Shown here piece after piece: positions 48,129-58,250 of a stretch of DNA of 64,000 bases. The position numbers and the translations under genes were made by a program. Position 1 is the first letter of the stretch. Each line of letters starts with the position of its first letter. Source of the DNA: Bacillota bacterium (GTDB lineage: Bacteria; Bacillota; Ch66; Ch109); contig JBMNLH010000001.1 of assembly GCA_050952625.1 (NCBI GenBank), positions 1,536,001 through 1,600,000 of the forward strand, written 5' to 3'. The notes under the pieces were generated by a model. That model ran no database searches. It saw only the letters and a program-made list of their open reading frames with translations, and was not told where the DNA came from.

Positions 48129-48520
48129 TTAAACGTGTTTCTGGTTTTCAATGTATTGCTTAATAATCTCCAGGGGTGCTCCGCCTACGGTGGCGACGAA
48201 ATAACTATTAGTCCAAAGAGTCGGCATTCTTGTTTTTAGGTGCGGAAATTCGGTCCGCAAAATCCTTGAGGTTCGGCCTTTTATCTGCTTAATTAGGCGA
48301 TGAATGTCAAATTGAGGATCAATCCCGACCAGCAGGTGAACATGATCCGGCATAACCTCTAACTCAATTATTTCTGCCTGATACTCCTTGGCGGTTTGAT
48401 AGATTAATTCTTTTAACCGAACATCTACGTATAAACCAATACCTTACGTCGATATTTCGGGCACCAGACAACATGATATTTGCAGGAATATACGACATTA
48501 TGATTTGATTTAAAGCTCAT
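48129..48520 (-). CDS. tnpA: IS200-type Y1 transposase, 1-nt deletion near 48430
   Basis: YSCKYHVVWCPKYRR, PDHVHL (HUH), LWTNSYF, QYIENQK. Confidence 0.9.
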
Positions 48521-48636
48521 AAACTAATTATACAGCATATTTCCAAGATAATTATATATACCAAAAAATTGCGGCCTAATGGCCGCCGTGCCTTATATCC
48601 CCATGCCTAAAGGCAGGGGCTTTACGGCACGTTTCG

Positions 48637-48738
48637 GTAAACACATCTTCCCCGTTACTGGCGATAGCCCTCGTTCCTTAAATAAATAGTGATCGCCTCT
48701 AATATTTCCTTGTCGTCATCACAAATAAGGATATTCAA
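48637..48738 (-). pseudogene. Response-regulator receiver N-terminal remnant, interrupted by the IS
   Basis: MNILICDDDKEILEAITIYLRNEGY then out-of-frame ASNGEDV; GGGGG RBS. Confidence 0.75.
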
Positions 48739-49020
48739 AGCCCATCCCCCTATTCAAAATCCGTACCCGCGACATTTTGCTTTGCCCAAATCATATCACA
48801 CCCCTCTGCTTTTTACTGTAGGGTAATGGTAGCAGACAAATCTTAAGAACCGCCGGGGTAATTCTTAAGATCTTCTTAAGATAAAAGAAAATCTTAAGAC
48901 GAAAAGAGAAGGATTAAACTCAACGGGTCACCGGCCATTTTTTCATGCATATCGCCCTAGAAAACTTGTTTCAAATCGCCCCAGAAAAGCGGAAAAGCCT
49001 GCTAATTGCAGGCTTATTCT

Positions 49021-49189
49021 ATTTGTACTAAGTTTTCCGTTGTACTAGTTTTTCGCTTTGCATTATTTCTCCGTTTGTACTAAGTCTCCATTTGATTAAG
49101 TTTTCTAACTAAATTTTCTATTTATATTTGTTTTCCACTTGTATCAAAACAAAACTTTCCATTTATACTAAGTTTTATACTAAGTTGTT
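49021..49189. repeat. Degenerate ~17-bp tandem array, consensus RTTTGTACTAAGTTTTCC
   Basis: About ten units read by eye, e.g. atttgtactaagttttcc, gtttgtactaagtctcc, atttatactaagtttt. Confidence 0.7.
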
Positions 49190-49416
49190 ATTTGATCGGC
49201 TATTCTAAGACAAAAGGATACTTAAAAAAAGTTGCAAAATGCACAACCCCCGGTCAATCTTCCAACGATTACCGTGTGGGGTTGTGCATTTTTATCAAGG
49301 GGGGGATCACCGGGAGAGTCTTGAAAATCCTCTGTATTCCCTCTATAGTCCCCGGTATTGCCAATTTGTCTTGACCGGCAGCTTGACCACTTTTTCAATG
49401 ATTACCTCGTTATCGG

Positions 49417-49656
49417 CTATGACCCGTTGCAGAACGTGCCAAAAACTTTTCCGCCCTGTTTCTGGTGTTCAATCAACTCTGCCGGGCGCACTCCATGAAT
49501 TTCAGACACAACGAAATCATAGAAGCCCATACCTTCGGGCCGGTTTGGCTGGGAAAGGAATATCCCCTCAAAAGCTTCCGGCAGAACCTCGCATAAAAGA
49601 TCATGTTTTTCTAAGTCCATCCCCAGATCGGTCCACATCTGACGGTAATCAGCCAC
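49417..49656 (-). pseudogene. Truncated 2-hydroxyacyl-CoA dehydratase / double-cubane reductase (N-terminal ~76 aa)
   Basis: MW.DLGMDLEKHD...NRPEGM.FYDFVVSEIHG.R..EL....GGKVFGTFC then an abrupt end. Confidence 0.8.
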
Positions 49657-49681
49657 TATAAATCCCCCTTTTTGTTATTAT

Positions 49682-50443
49682 CTAAGCCTGGCTTGCCAAC
49701 AGAGCTGCTCCCAGAGCCCCGGTAAACTGGCATGAATCGGATACGAGAAGAATACAGCCCAATTCCTTTTCCAGGGCTCTTTTCACTCCCTGATTCATCG
49801 CCACTCCGCCGGTAAAGGCCACTTTTTCCTGCACCCCCATCCGCAAAGCCATAGAGGCCACCCTTTTGCCTACAGCTTCATGCAGGCCGGCGATTATACT
49901 TCCTTTGGGATTGCCGCGGGCCAGCAGTCCGATTATTTCTGATTCAGCAAAAACAGTACACATACTGCTGATCGGAATGATCCGTTCTGGATCTTCGGCT
50001 TCTCCCAGTTCACTTACATCCAGGCCTAAAGCGGTTGCCATCACTTGCAAAAAGCGGCCGGTTCCGGCAGCGCATTTATCATTCATGGCAAAATTCAAAA
50101 CCTTTCCGCCTTCCCCGATCCGGATCACTTTGCTGTCCTGACCTCCTATATCGATGATTGTTCGAACTTCGGGGTGCATCTCCGCTACTCCCCGGGCATG
50201 GCATTTGATTTCAGTGACGGTCTTGTCGGCTTGTTCAAATGCTACCCGACCGTAACCGGTAACGAATATCCGTCCGATCTGGTCACGCTCGATCCTGCTC
50301 CGCTCCAACAGATTCTCGATCACACTTTGCCCGGCATCCCGCGGACTCCATCCGGTTGGAACCATTGTCTTCCAGCGCGAATCTCCGCTCACCATAACCC
50401 CTTTAGTGGCCACCGAACCAATATCAATGCCTACTGTTATCAT
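49682..50443 (-). CDS. Acyl-CoA dehydratase activase (HgdC/BadF-type ATPase)
   Basis: GIDIGS, TGYGR, IDIGGQDSK, MNDKCAAGTGRF, SMCTVFAESE, TGGVA. Confidence 0.92.
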   Translation of the reverse strand: MITVGIDIGSVATKGVMVSGDSRWKTMVPTGWSPRDAGQSVIENLLERSRIERDQIGRIFVTGYGRVAFEQADKTVTEIKCHARGVAEMHPEVRTIIDIGGQDSKVIRIGEGGKVLNFAMNDKCAAGTGRFLQVMATALGLDVSELGEAEDPERIIPISSMCTVFAESEIIGLLARGNPKGSIIAGLHEAVGKRVASMALRMGVQEKVAFTGGVAMNQGVKRALEKELGCILLVSDSCQFTGALGAALLASQA

Positions 50444-51026
50444 TTAGCCTCCGTCTACAGCCATTACTTTCTACATAATAAATTCTATTATCTTTTATCC
50501 TCACTTAAATATTTTAACATATAAACGTTATAGCAAAGATAACATTTGGTTATAGATAAGGCTTCCTATCCGGGCAAACGCTTATAGGACGCTTATAGGA
50601 AATTAAAAACGAGGCTATGCTTTCCAGCAGAAATGGAACTGGTTTCTAAAACGGATCAGGTAGGCGAAAAGGAGCAGACGAAAAAACGGTCACCGAAATG
50701 ACCGCTGTAAGCGAGTGTGTTGATAGTGGGCTTCGTCTGTAAAGCGATAGTCTATTAAGGGCAAAATGGCACAACCGCAGGTGTACAAAGATTCGCTGCC
50801 TTTTTACGGTTTGCGATTTACGGTTTACGGGTTGTATACCTTAAGAAATACTGTCAAAATAGCGGGCTATAATATAATATAAAGGTGACTCTAACCTGCA
50901 CTCATTTCTGTCCATACTTTTTAGTTGTATAATCCAAAATACTTACTGAACCTTAGATTAATAACCCCTGATTACAAACCCCGGTTTATCACTCACCCAA
51001 AATAAATCAAAATGGAGGGACACGAT

Positions 51027-52356
51027 ATGGAACTGAAAAATAACCGCTATAAGTTGCTTCTGTTATGCCTTGTTTTTACGTTTATAAGCCGGGCGGCTTT
51101 TGCCGACACCGGATTCGACGACGTTGCGGAAAAGGACTGGTTCTATAAAGGAGTGTTATACGCCAGTTCCAATAAGCTATTGGAGGACACGGGCGAAACT
51201 GCTTTTAAGCCTGCCTCCGCAATCGATCGCACCGAATTTATCGTGGCACTGTACAAATACTCAAAAATAAAAGGTTATGATGTATCCGCCGGATTAGATA
51301 CGAATATCTTGTCCTACGACGACGCATTTAACATTCGGGAAGGTGCTTACGAGGCATTCCAATGGGCCCTGCGGGTCTGGATTGATCCCAGATGCTGGTG
51401 CATCCTCGCTTGAGCCTGACCGCACTGTTTCCAGGGAGCAGATGATAAAGCTAATGTATGACTACGCGTTGCTTTACGGCATCAGCCCCACAACCGGCGA
51501 GGATACGAATATTCTGTCCTATACCGATGTGTCCGATATAAAGCATAACGAGGCCTACCGGGCATTTCAATGGGCATGCGGGACCGGAATTATTAATGGC
51601 ACTTCTGCTTCAACGCTCAGTCCGTCAAACAGCGTAACCAGGGCACAACTGTCAACAGTGCTGTTACGTCTTTCGGAAATGGGATCTGCCCAGACTGAAC
51701 CGGCAAGCGGTCCGGTTAAAGTCGTGACCTTTCAAGAATACACTGTAAAAGGGGACCGGTTTGAGGCAGATATTAAAGTGCCTCAAATACAGGGTCTAGC
51801 GAACAAGGACCTGGAAAGCAGTTTAAATGAAAAATACCGTGCAGAGGGCAAACAACTGTATGATCAGTTCCTTGACGAAATGGAAAACCTGAAAAATGGA
51901 GAAGGTTATTTTTCCGTTAACAGCGGGTATATGACCAAGACCGAAACTGACAGACTCCTGTCAATCGGGCGTTACACCTTAACGGTCATGGCTTCAGGAG
52001 CCGAAAAACTCAGATATGACACCATAGATAAAGAAAAACAAATTTTGATAACCTTGCCGGGTTTGTTCCAGGATAAGAGTTATGTAGACATTATCAGCAA
52101 CTGTATTAAATCTCAGATGAAAGAACAAATGCAAGCCGATGCGGGAATTATTTACTGGGTGGACAGCAGAGAAGGGTTTACCAATGATTTTGACAAAATA
52201 TCGGAAAACCAAAATTTCTACATTACTGAAGATGGGAAACTGGTCATTTCCTTCGATGAGTATGAAGTTGCACCAGGGAATATGGGGACCGTGGAATTTA
52301 CCATTCCAACCGAAATGATACTTCCCGTTTTGGTTAGCGACGAATACATAAAATAA
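51027..52356 (+). CDS. SLH-domain protein with C-terminal DUF4163/DUF3298 (RsiV/PdaC-like) region; +1 C near 51367
   Basis: Signal peptide, SLH repeats; removing one C gives FQWACGSG, matching the second repeat FQWACGTG; C-terminal NFYI...LVISFDEYEVAPG.MG. Confidence 0.82.
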
Positions 52357-52517
52357 AGCCAGGGAAACCTTCAGTATATATCGGCCAATCAACGGATAAT
52401 TCCAGTACACGGGTCAAGCAAAAAGAAACAGGGCGGCCGGTTGGAACCGGCTGCCCTATCCTATTTAGCCCCCAATAGATTTGGAGGAACTCCTGGCTGC
52501 TGCTGCCCCCCGCGCCC

Positions 52518-52625
52518 TTATTCATACCGTAAAGCCTCCACCTGGCTCATCTTGGCGGCTTTTCGCGCGGGATAAAGGCCAAAGATAATCCCGATTGCGG
52601 TGGAAAACCAGAAGGCAATAACCAA
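52518..52625 (-). pseudogene. C-terminal remnant of a MacB/FtsX ABC permease
   Basis: [33 protein letters not shown]. Confidence 0.75.
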
Positions 52626-52875
52626 TAGTTAAAAGCCCGAACCGGATAAGAAACAGGCAGCCAGTTAGGGCCGGTTGGGGCTTGCTGGGGCTGGTTGGCC
52701 GGCTGTGGGTGGGCGGACAGTTAGCCGGCTGCCGAGGCGTTAAATCTGGTTTTGGGTGGGGTATGGTCGGGGCAATAAGATGGATGTATGTTGTGTGGTG
52801 AATGTTATAATGAACTTGGATGTCTTTCTCAGTAACTCAACTTTCGCAGCAATTTGCTAAATCAAAAGGTCGATA

Positions 52876-53592
52876 CTACAATAGAAAAGCGAACACAACC
52901 GCAAATATGATAGTCGGAAGCATATTCGCTACTTTAAACGTTTTATCCCAAATCAGATTTACTCCTACACAGAAAATCAAAATTGAACCGGTTAAAGAAA
53001 GATTTGAAATAGCCTGAACCGTCATCAATGGTTCAATAAATACGGCCAGCACCGTTATGCTCCCTTGAAACAGCGCAACTGGAATGGCCGCAAAAATAGC
53101 TCCCTTACCCATTGAAGCGGCCAGGATCATTACAATAATAAAGTCAAGAATCGACTTAGCCATAAGCAAAGAGTAATCGCCCATCAAGCCGTCTTGGATT
53201 GCGCCTACAACCGCCATTGCGCCGATACACACGATCAAAGATGTGGTCACGAAACTGTCGAGAAATTGCGAATCATCATCATTCTTGCTCTTACTTTTCA
53301 GCCACGTCCCAAACTGCTCTATGCCCCTTTCGATATCAGCCATTTCTCCGATAAGGGAGCCAAGAACAAAGCTTAGAATTATCATCATGCTGCCCTGGCT
53401 TATCAGCTTTCCGTTTTCCAAGAAGAGCATTTCCTGCAGCGCGCCGCCTATTCCGATAAACAACACGCATACTCCGGTAGCTTTTATAAGCGTATTCTGT
53501 ATTTTTTCAGGAAAAGCATTCTTTAATAAAACTCCCAATATGCCGCCAGCTATTATGGCTCCAGTATTTATTACGGTTCCGGTTCCTATCAT
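52876..53592 (-). CDS. DUF554 family membrane protein
   Basis: GTVIN, CIGAMAVVGAIQDG, KSILD, KVANMLP. Confidence 0.9.
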   Translation of the reverse strand: MIGTGTVINTGAIIAGGILGVLLKNAFPEKIQNTLIKATGVCVLFIGIGGALQEMLFLENGKLISQGSMMIILSFVLGSLIGEMADIERGIEQFGTWLKSKSKNDDDSQFLDSFVTTSLIVCIGAMAVVGAIQDGLMGDYSLLMAKSILDFIIVMILAASMGKGAIFAAIPVALFQGSITVLAVFIEPLMTVQAISNLSLTGSILIFCVGVNLIWDKTFKVANMLPTIIFAVVFAFLL

Positions 53593-53749
53593 CCTTTTTT
53601 CCTTTCAGGAAGCTAGAGGGAGGCAAAAAGGAACGTCTTATTGCTTCCCTGCTTCCACATTCTGCCGTTTCCTTGCATCTTCCTGCTTCCGCTTGATAAA
53701 ACACTGGCGATTACCACAGTCCGCTTCTCACCGCCTGAAAATAATCTAA

Positions 53750-54050
53750 TTATCGCTGCACATTTTTCCTTATGTCCTTCAGGTAGTATTCGCCGTTATA
53801 GGTGTAGCCGTTCGCTTCCAGCACTTTGCGTGAAGCTGCGTTCTCCTTATCCGGCTGAATCACCACCCGCGTCGCGCCGAGACCGGCGAGCATTTCCCCC
53901 AGCAGCCGCACCTTTTCCTGGCCATAACCCTTCCGCAGGTATTTAGGCTCGCCAATCAGGTAGTCAATACTGAACAGCACCCCCGGATTATCGGCCGTAT
54001 ACCAATCCTCGTGCTGCTGGCCGAAATAACAGTCATTTATACAAGCAAAG
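53750..54050 (-). pseudogene. GNAT acetyltransferase C-terminal fragment
   Basis: SIDYLIGEP.YLRKGYG...QPDKENAASRKVL; N-terminus missing. Confidence 0.7.
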
Positions 54051-54053
54051 GCC

Positions 54054-54404
54054 TTAAAATATCCACGGCAAAATTGCCTTTGTTTGCTGTCTATAAGTTA
54101 TATACTCCAGGCCAAACCGATCAATGAGCTTTTTTTCTTCAAGGGGGATCCGGCAGAGGATACCGGCCAGCACAATTATTGTCCCTAGCCATGACCACTG
54201 GCTTCCAAAATACGTATTTGTTCCGGCTAAAATGAGTAATCCCGACGAATATAAAGGATGTCTCACCACCCCGTAGATACCCGAAGTGATTAGTCTTTGC
54301 GTTGGCGATTTTTCAATAATCGGCGACCAATTTTCAGCAATCTCTCTATTTGCAAGATAGCCGCAAAGCGCTCCGAAAATAATCATCATTAATCCGGTGA
54401 TCAT
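54054..54404 (-). CDS. Isoprenylcysteine/phospholipid methyltransferase-family protein, probably N-truncated
   Basis: LITSGIYGVVRHPLY, EEKKL..RFG.EY..Y. Confidence 0.75.
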   Translation of the reverse strand: MITGLMMIIFGALCGYLANREIAENWSPIIEKSPTQRLITSGIYGVVRHPLYSSGLLILAGTNTYFGSQWSWLGTIIVLAGILCRIPLEEKKLIDRFGLEYITYRQQTKAILPWIF

Positions 54405-54975
54405 TGATACGCTGAATGAGACAACAACGCGTGGAAATTGTTGTAGAGATCCGCATTCCGGGGAATGCTTCGTTCAAAGTGCGCCTTGACCGCAGCGTAA
54501 TCTTTGCCCGCTCCAATTGAGTATCTGTCGCAAAGCCGGGCGGTGTAAGCATCCCCCACGAAGGCCGGAAAGCCGAAAGCGTATAGCAGTATCGAGTCGG
54601 CAGTTTCCGGTCCCACACCCTTTGTGGAAAGCAGTTCGGCCCGCACCTTGTCCAGCGGCTCGCACTGGATGGCCGGCACATCGAATCCGTATTTACCGAA
54701 CCACTCCGTCACGCTTTCAAGTACGCCGCCTTCTGGTTAAAAAAGCCGGCTGGCCGAATCGTCTCCGTCAGTTCGGCCAAGTCGGTGTTCAGCACGGCTT
54801 CGGGCGAGAGGCCGCTGCCGAAGTTGGCGATGACCTTCTCGACGTTGCTCCAGGCCGTGTTCTGGGTCAGCACAGCACCGACTATAACCTCGTAGGGCGT
54901 TTTGGCAGGCCACCAGTGAAGCTCGCCATAATAGGCGATGAGCGTTTCGTATATGGATAACAGTTTGCTGCCCAT
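54401..54975 (-). CDS. Endonuclease III-like HhH-GPD glycosylase, 1-nt deletion near 54711, C-terminus clipped
   Basis: EVIVGAVLTQNTAW, IRPAGFFNQKA, LLSTKGVGPETADSILLY, DAY. Confidence 0.8.
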
Positions 54976-55105
54976 CCGTGACCTCCTGTTTTATATCACC
55001 TTATATCACCTAAATATTACGGTTTACAGATACCGCAGGGGGAATATCCCCGATCAATAAGCTCTTTGCGGTCCCCAGCATAGATTGCTTGTTGGATTTT
55101 TATCT

Positions 55106-56839
55106 TTATAACAGCTCATGGATTAGCCACTCAAAATTCTCCCGCCAGCGGGCTCTCATCCCAGTTTTATTTTTCCAGATCGCTTCTGGACCTGTTGTTC
55201 GGTTCAGATCAATCCTAAAATGCCCGTTCTCTGGTTTCAAAACCTGTGCGGTACGGTTTTTGCCGCTTTGGTAACACTCGTTTATATTCTCTGATTCTAA
55301 GATCACCGCGCAGTAATTTTCCATAGCACGGACCTTCAGTACTACGGATAGCTTGTTGCGAAAAAACTCATCCTCTATGTACTTGTGTTTATTGACAAGG
55401 ATATATCGCTTATTGCCGATATGCCTAAGTTCTTCAGTATATAACCGCGGCAGGACTTTTTCCGGTTTTAAGATATCATTTCCCTCAACCAAACCGAATA
55501 CAACATTTTGATCCTTCACTTTACAGACATATATCCCCTCGGCCACTTTTTTCGACTTGCTCAAGATTTTATCAACGCCGCCCGCCGGTATTTCTAGGTG
55601 ATGGAATTTGTTCAACGTTTTCGGTTGATTAAGGCTGGTATCTGGAGACGCATGGCCATCATCCGTTGAGGTATCGTATACGTAGATGCCTCCCGGTGAA
55701 TTCAATTCATCGGTTTTCCGCATTAGGTTATACGGTTTAAGCTCCTTGCCATTAGGGTTGAATCCATATACATACGCATGGGGATTCCTGACTGTACCGT
55801 CCCCGCCCATGGTAACAAAATTATAACAGCTGTTTTCTATGGCTCTAACCTTGTTGTATTTATACCATTTGTCGTAAACTACATCGCCCCCGGTGCTGTT
55901 GATGAGAACCTCGACTCCATTCATCCCATATAGCCGGCTAAATATTGCGTGATTGCAGTCATAACAGATGGTTATTCCTATTTTATAGCCTTTGTACACA
56001 ATGGGTTGAAAGAAGGACTCCGCTACTTCACGATAATTGTCAAAATCAAAGGCGGAAAAGTCCGTCATGGTATGTTTGATATAAAAAGCGGTTTCGGTTT
56101 CCGTATCATCAGCGAATGCGTTGGCAAAAACGCTGAAAATCGTATTTTCCTTATCTGCGCTGCAGACAACCACTGCCTTCCCGATTTCTTCGCTAAAATC
56201 GAGACAGGCGGCAAAAATCCTCTCTTTATCCTCCTCATTACCCAAGTCTGACTCTTCAAATAAATCTACAAAAGGAAAATAGGCAAACTCCGGCAGAACA
56301 AAAATATCAAAATCCGCCTTTTTTACCACCTCAATCGCCTTGTCAAAACAACGCTGGTTTTTTAATTCCTCTGTCTGCAGATACAACCCGACCTTCAAGC
56401 CGCCTTTTTTAGGCCGGATGGCAGCCTCGGCGGCTTTTGCCGATGCCGATTGCAGATCCGATATGCCTTTATGCTTCTTAGCTGGCGGTTTTGGCGGTAC
56501 AGTCGCTTCTTTCTTTTTCATCCCTGGTTCCGATTGTTTTTGCTGAACCCCGCTTCTTGTCTGAATATTTTTGGTTTTGCCGGTGTAATACATTTCAAAA
56601 CCAAGACGTTCAAAAAACTTCACCGTCTCCATGCCGCCGCCGAAATCACTCTTGCTGATTTCCTTGCCAAATGCTACCTTATAGGCCATTCCGCGAATAT
56701 GCTTTGCGGGCAACTTCTTGCCTTCATATAAAAGGAAAGTAGATCTCGGACTCGGATATTCTGGATTTTCCGCATAGAAAATCTCAATCGTTTTTATTAC
56801 ATCTTCTCTTGTGATACTCAACCAATTGATTTTCGGCAT
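55106..56839 (-). CDS. Fusion of a restriction-enzyme-type N-terminal head domain and a nitrilase-family hydrolase
   Basis: N-terminal ITREDVIKTI...FLLYEGKKLPAKHI...DFGGG.ET..FFERLGF; basic linker; E-K-C triad FVLPEF, YIKH, TICYD; VRAIEN echoed by VRAMEN. Confidence 0.75.
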   Translation of the reverse strand: MPKINWLSITREDVIKTIEIFYAENPEYPSPRSTFLLYEGKKLPAKHIRGMAYKVAFGKEISKSDFGGGMETVKFFERLGFEMYYTGKTKNIQTRSGVQQKQSEPGMKKKEATVPPKPPAKKHKGISDLQSASAKAAEAAIRPKKGGLKVGLYLQTEELKNQRCFDKAIEVVKKADFDIFVLPEFAYFPFVDLFEESDLGNEEDKERIFAACLDFSEEIGKAVVVCSADKENTIFSVFANAFADDTETETAFYIKHTMTDFSAFDFDNYREVAESFFQPIVYKGYKIGITICYDCNHAIFSRLYGMNGVEVLINSTGGDVVYDKWYKYNKVRAIENSCYNFVTMGGDGTVRNPHAYVYGFNPNGKELKPYNLMRKTDELNSPGGIYVYDTSTDDGHASPDTSLNQPKTLNKFHHLEIPAGGVDKILSKSKKVAEGIYVCKVKDQNVVFGLVEGNDILKPEKVLPRLYTEELRHIGNKRYILVNKHKYIEDEFFRNKLSVVLKVRAMENYCAVILESENINECYQSGKNRTAQVLKPENGHFRIDLNRTTGPEAIWKNKTGMRARWRENFEWLIHELL

Positions 56840-56881
56840 TTTATATCACCATTGCTTTCTTAACGCCTCGACTAATCTTTT

Positions 56882-57277
56882 TTAAGTTGAAGTATATCTT
56901 AATCCATACTTTTGAATTATTGAGTTTATTGAATTTGTAGAAATATTGATCTCGCAATCATCTTCGCTATACATAGGGATCGCTTTTACCGACATATTAC
57001 AGACATCACCGAGCTGGTAATCCGCATCAGGAAACGTAACATACGGTGCCCAACAGCTTTGCTGCATCGTAAGATATCTCTTTATCCAACATCCCTCTAA
57101 TTTTAGGATGCTTTGATAGTCATTCTGCTGATAAGCGCATAGCATTCGATAGTATAATGAAATTGTATCATTCATTGGGATAAGCAGTGAAGCCAACTCG
57201 AAAAGGCTTCTCACTACCGAACCTATTTGGTCCATCTTGAACCGGAAGAACACACTTATGATTTTGTGGTAGTTCAC
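56882..57277 (-). CDS. Hypothetical protein, possibly degenerate
   Basis: GAGGA before a GTG start; no family recognised. Confidence 0.35.
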   Translation of the reverse strand: MNYHKIISVFFRFKMDQIGSVVRSLFELASLLIPMNDTISLYYRMLCAYQQNDYQSILKLEGCWIKRYLTMQQSCWAPYVTFPDADYQLGDVCNMSVKAIPMYSEDDCEINISTNSINSIIQKYGLRYTST

Positions 57278-57761
57278 TCCTCTTCCCTGGAAGTACAGAA
57301 AGAAAAAACCTTACAAAAACGGATTGGATATCTTGGAGAGTTATATTCGACATAAATTTAGGCGGTCCCTGCCAGATACAGGACATATATTAAATGGATT
57401 CTGCCATTTAGCTGCCAATTTTGCCATCTTCTTCGCCTTCCTTCTCATTTTCATTCAAATCTTTTCGGGCTAAATTATCTCTGAGCGCAACGAAAAGTTT
57501 ATCCTTCATGGCATGCTTGACCAGAGCTGGTATGGTTGCGTAGCGGTTATCATAATCCGTTTCCGCTTGCCCTCTGCGTGTAAATACTCCATTATCTTAT
57601 TTGCTTTCCTCTTTCCGCTTATTACTTCCCGTAGTCAGCGCACGCGGTTTGTCAGAAGTTAACATAAAGCCTAAATGATGCATATGGTATAGATAGAAAT
57701 AACCTTAGAAAAATGTCCTTTAGAAATATCCTTTAATACCCAAGCTGGAGGAAACGAGATT

Positions 57762-58250
57762 ATGGAATTTGGATATTTTCAGGGTCGGCTTACCCGAATC
57801 CGGGATTTGCCGGCCGAATACCCCGGCACGGCCGGCTGTTATAAAATGATGACGGTGGTCAATAGCGAAGGCAGCATCGTTGATTTCGTCGTTACCCCGG
57901 ACACTTACTTTGTCGATCATGAAACACTGAGAGTCGGGTACCAGGTAATCGGCTTTTACGATGCCAATGCCCCGGTGCCACTGATTTATCCGCCCCAGTA
58001 TGAGGCACTGGTGATGGCCCGGGTTACCCGCGGGCGAAACGTTGAAGTGGCCTTCTTTGATTCCCGATTAGTCAGCAGCGACGGATGGCTGAAGCTGAAT
58101 ATCGGCCCGTCTACCCGGATTCTTTTGGAAAATGACCAGGCTTTTAACCGGAACCCGGCCAACCGCAACCTGGTTGTCACCTTTGGCCCTACGACCCGGA
58201 GCATCCCGGCACAGACCACCCCGTACGAGATTATCGTTTTGTGTCTCTAG
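57762..58250 (+). CDS. Conserved Firmicutes hypothetical protein
   Basis: GGAGG RBS; FYDANAPVPLIYPPQY and TTRSIPAQT motifs. Confidence 0.75.
   Translation: MEFGYFQGRLTRIRDLPAEYPGTAGCYKMMTVVNSEGSIVDFVVTPDTYFVDHETLRVGYQVIGFYDANAPVPLIYPPQYEALVMARVTRGRNVEVAFFDSRLVSSDGWLKLNIGPSTRILLENDQAFNRNPANRNLVVTFGPTTRSIPAQTTPYEIIVLCL

Larger units (their letters stand above)
46402..48636 (-). mobile_element. IS200/IS605-family element (IS608-like), right end truncated
   Basis: Left end TTAC|CGAAACGTGCCGTAAAGCCCCTGCCTTTAGGCATGGGG; tnpA plus tnpB; right end only GAACCCCCTGGCTTTAG. Confidence 0.88.

Noticed and set aside
49021-49189. Short-repeat array near TnpB as a mini-CRISPR
   Set aside because: Units are contiguous, degenerate and ~17 bp, with no unique spacers
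52655-52775. G-rich skewed tract, possible G-quadruplex or hairpin
   Set aside because: Irregular G-runs, single copy and located among gene debris; no supporting context
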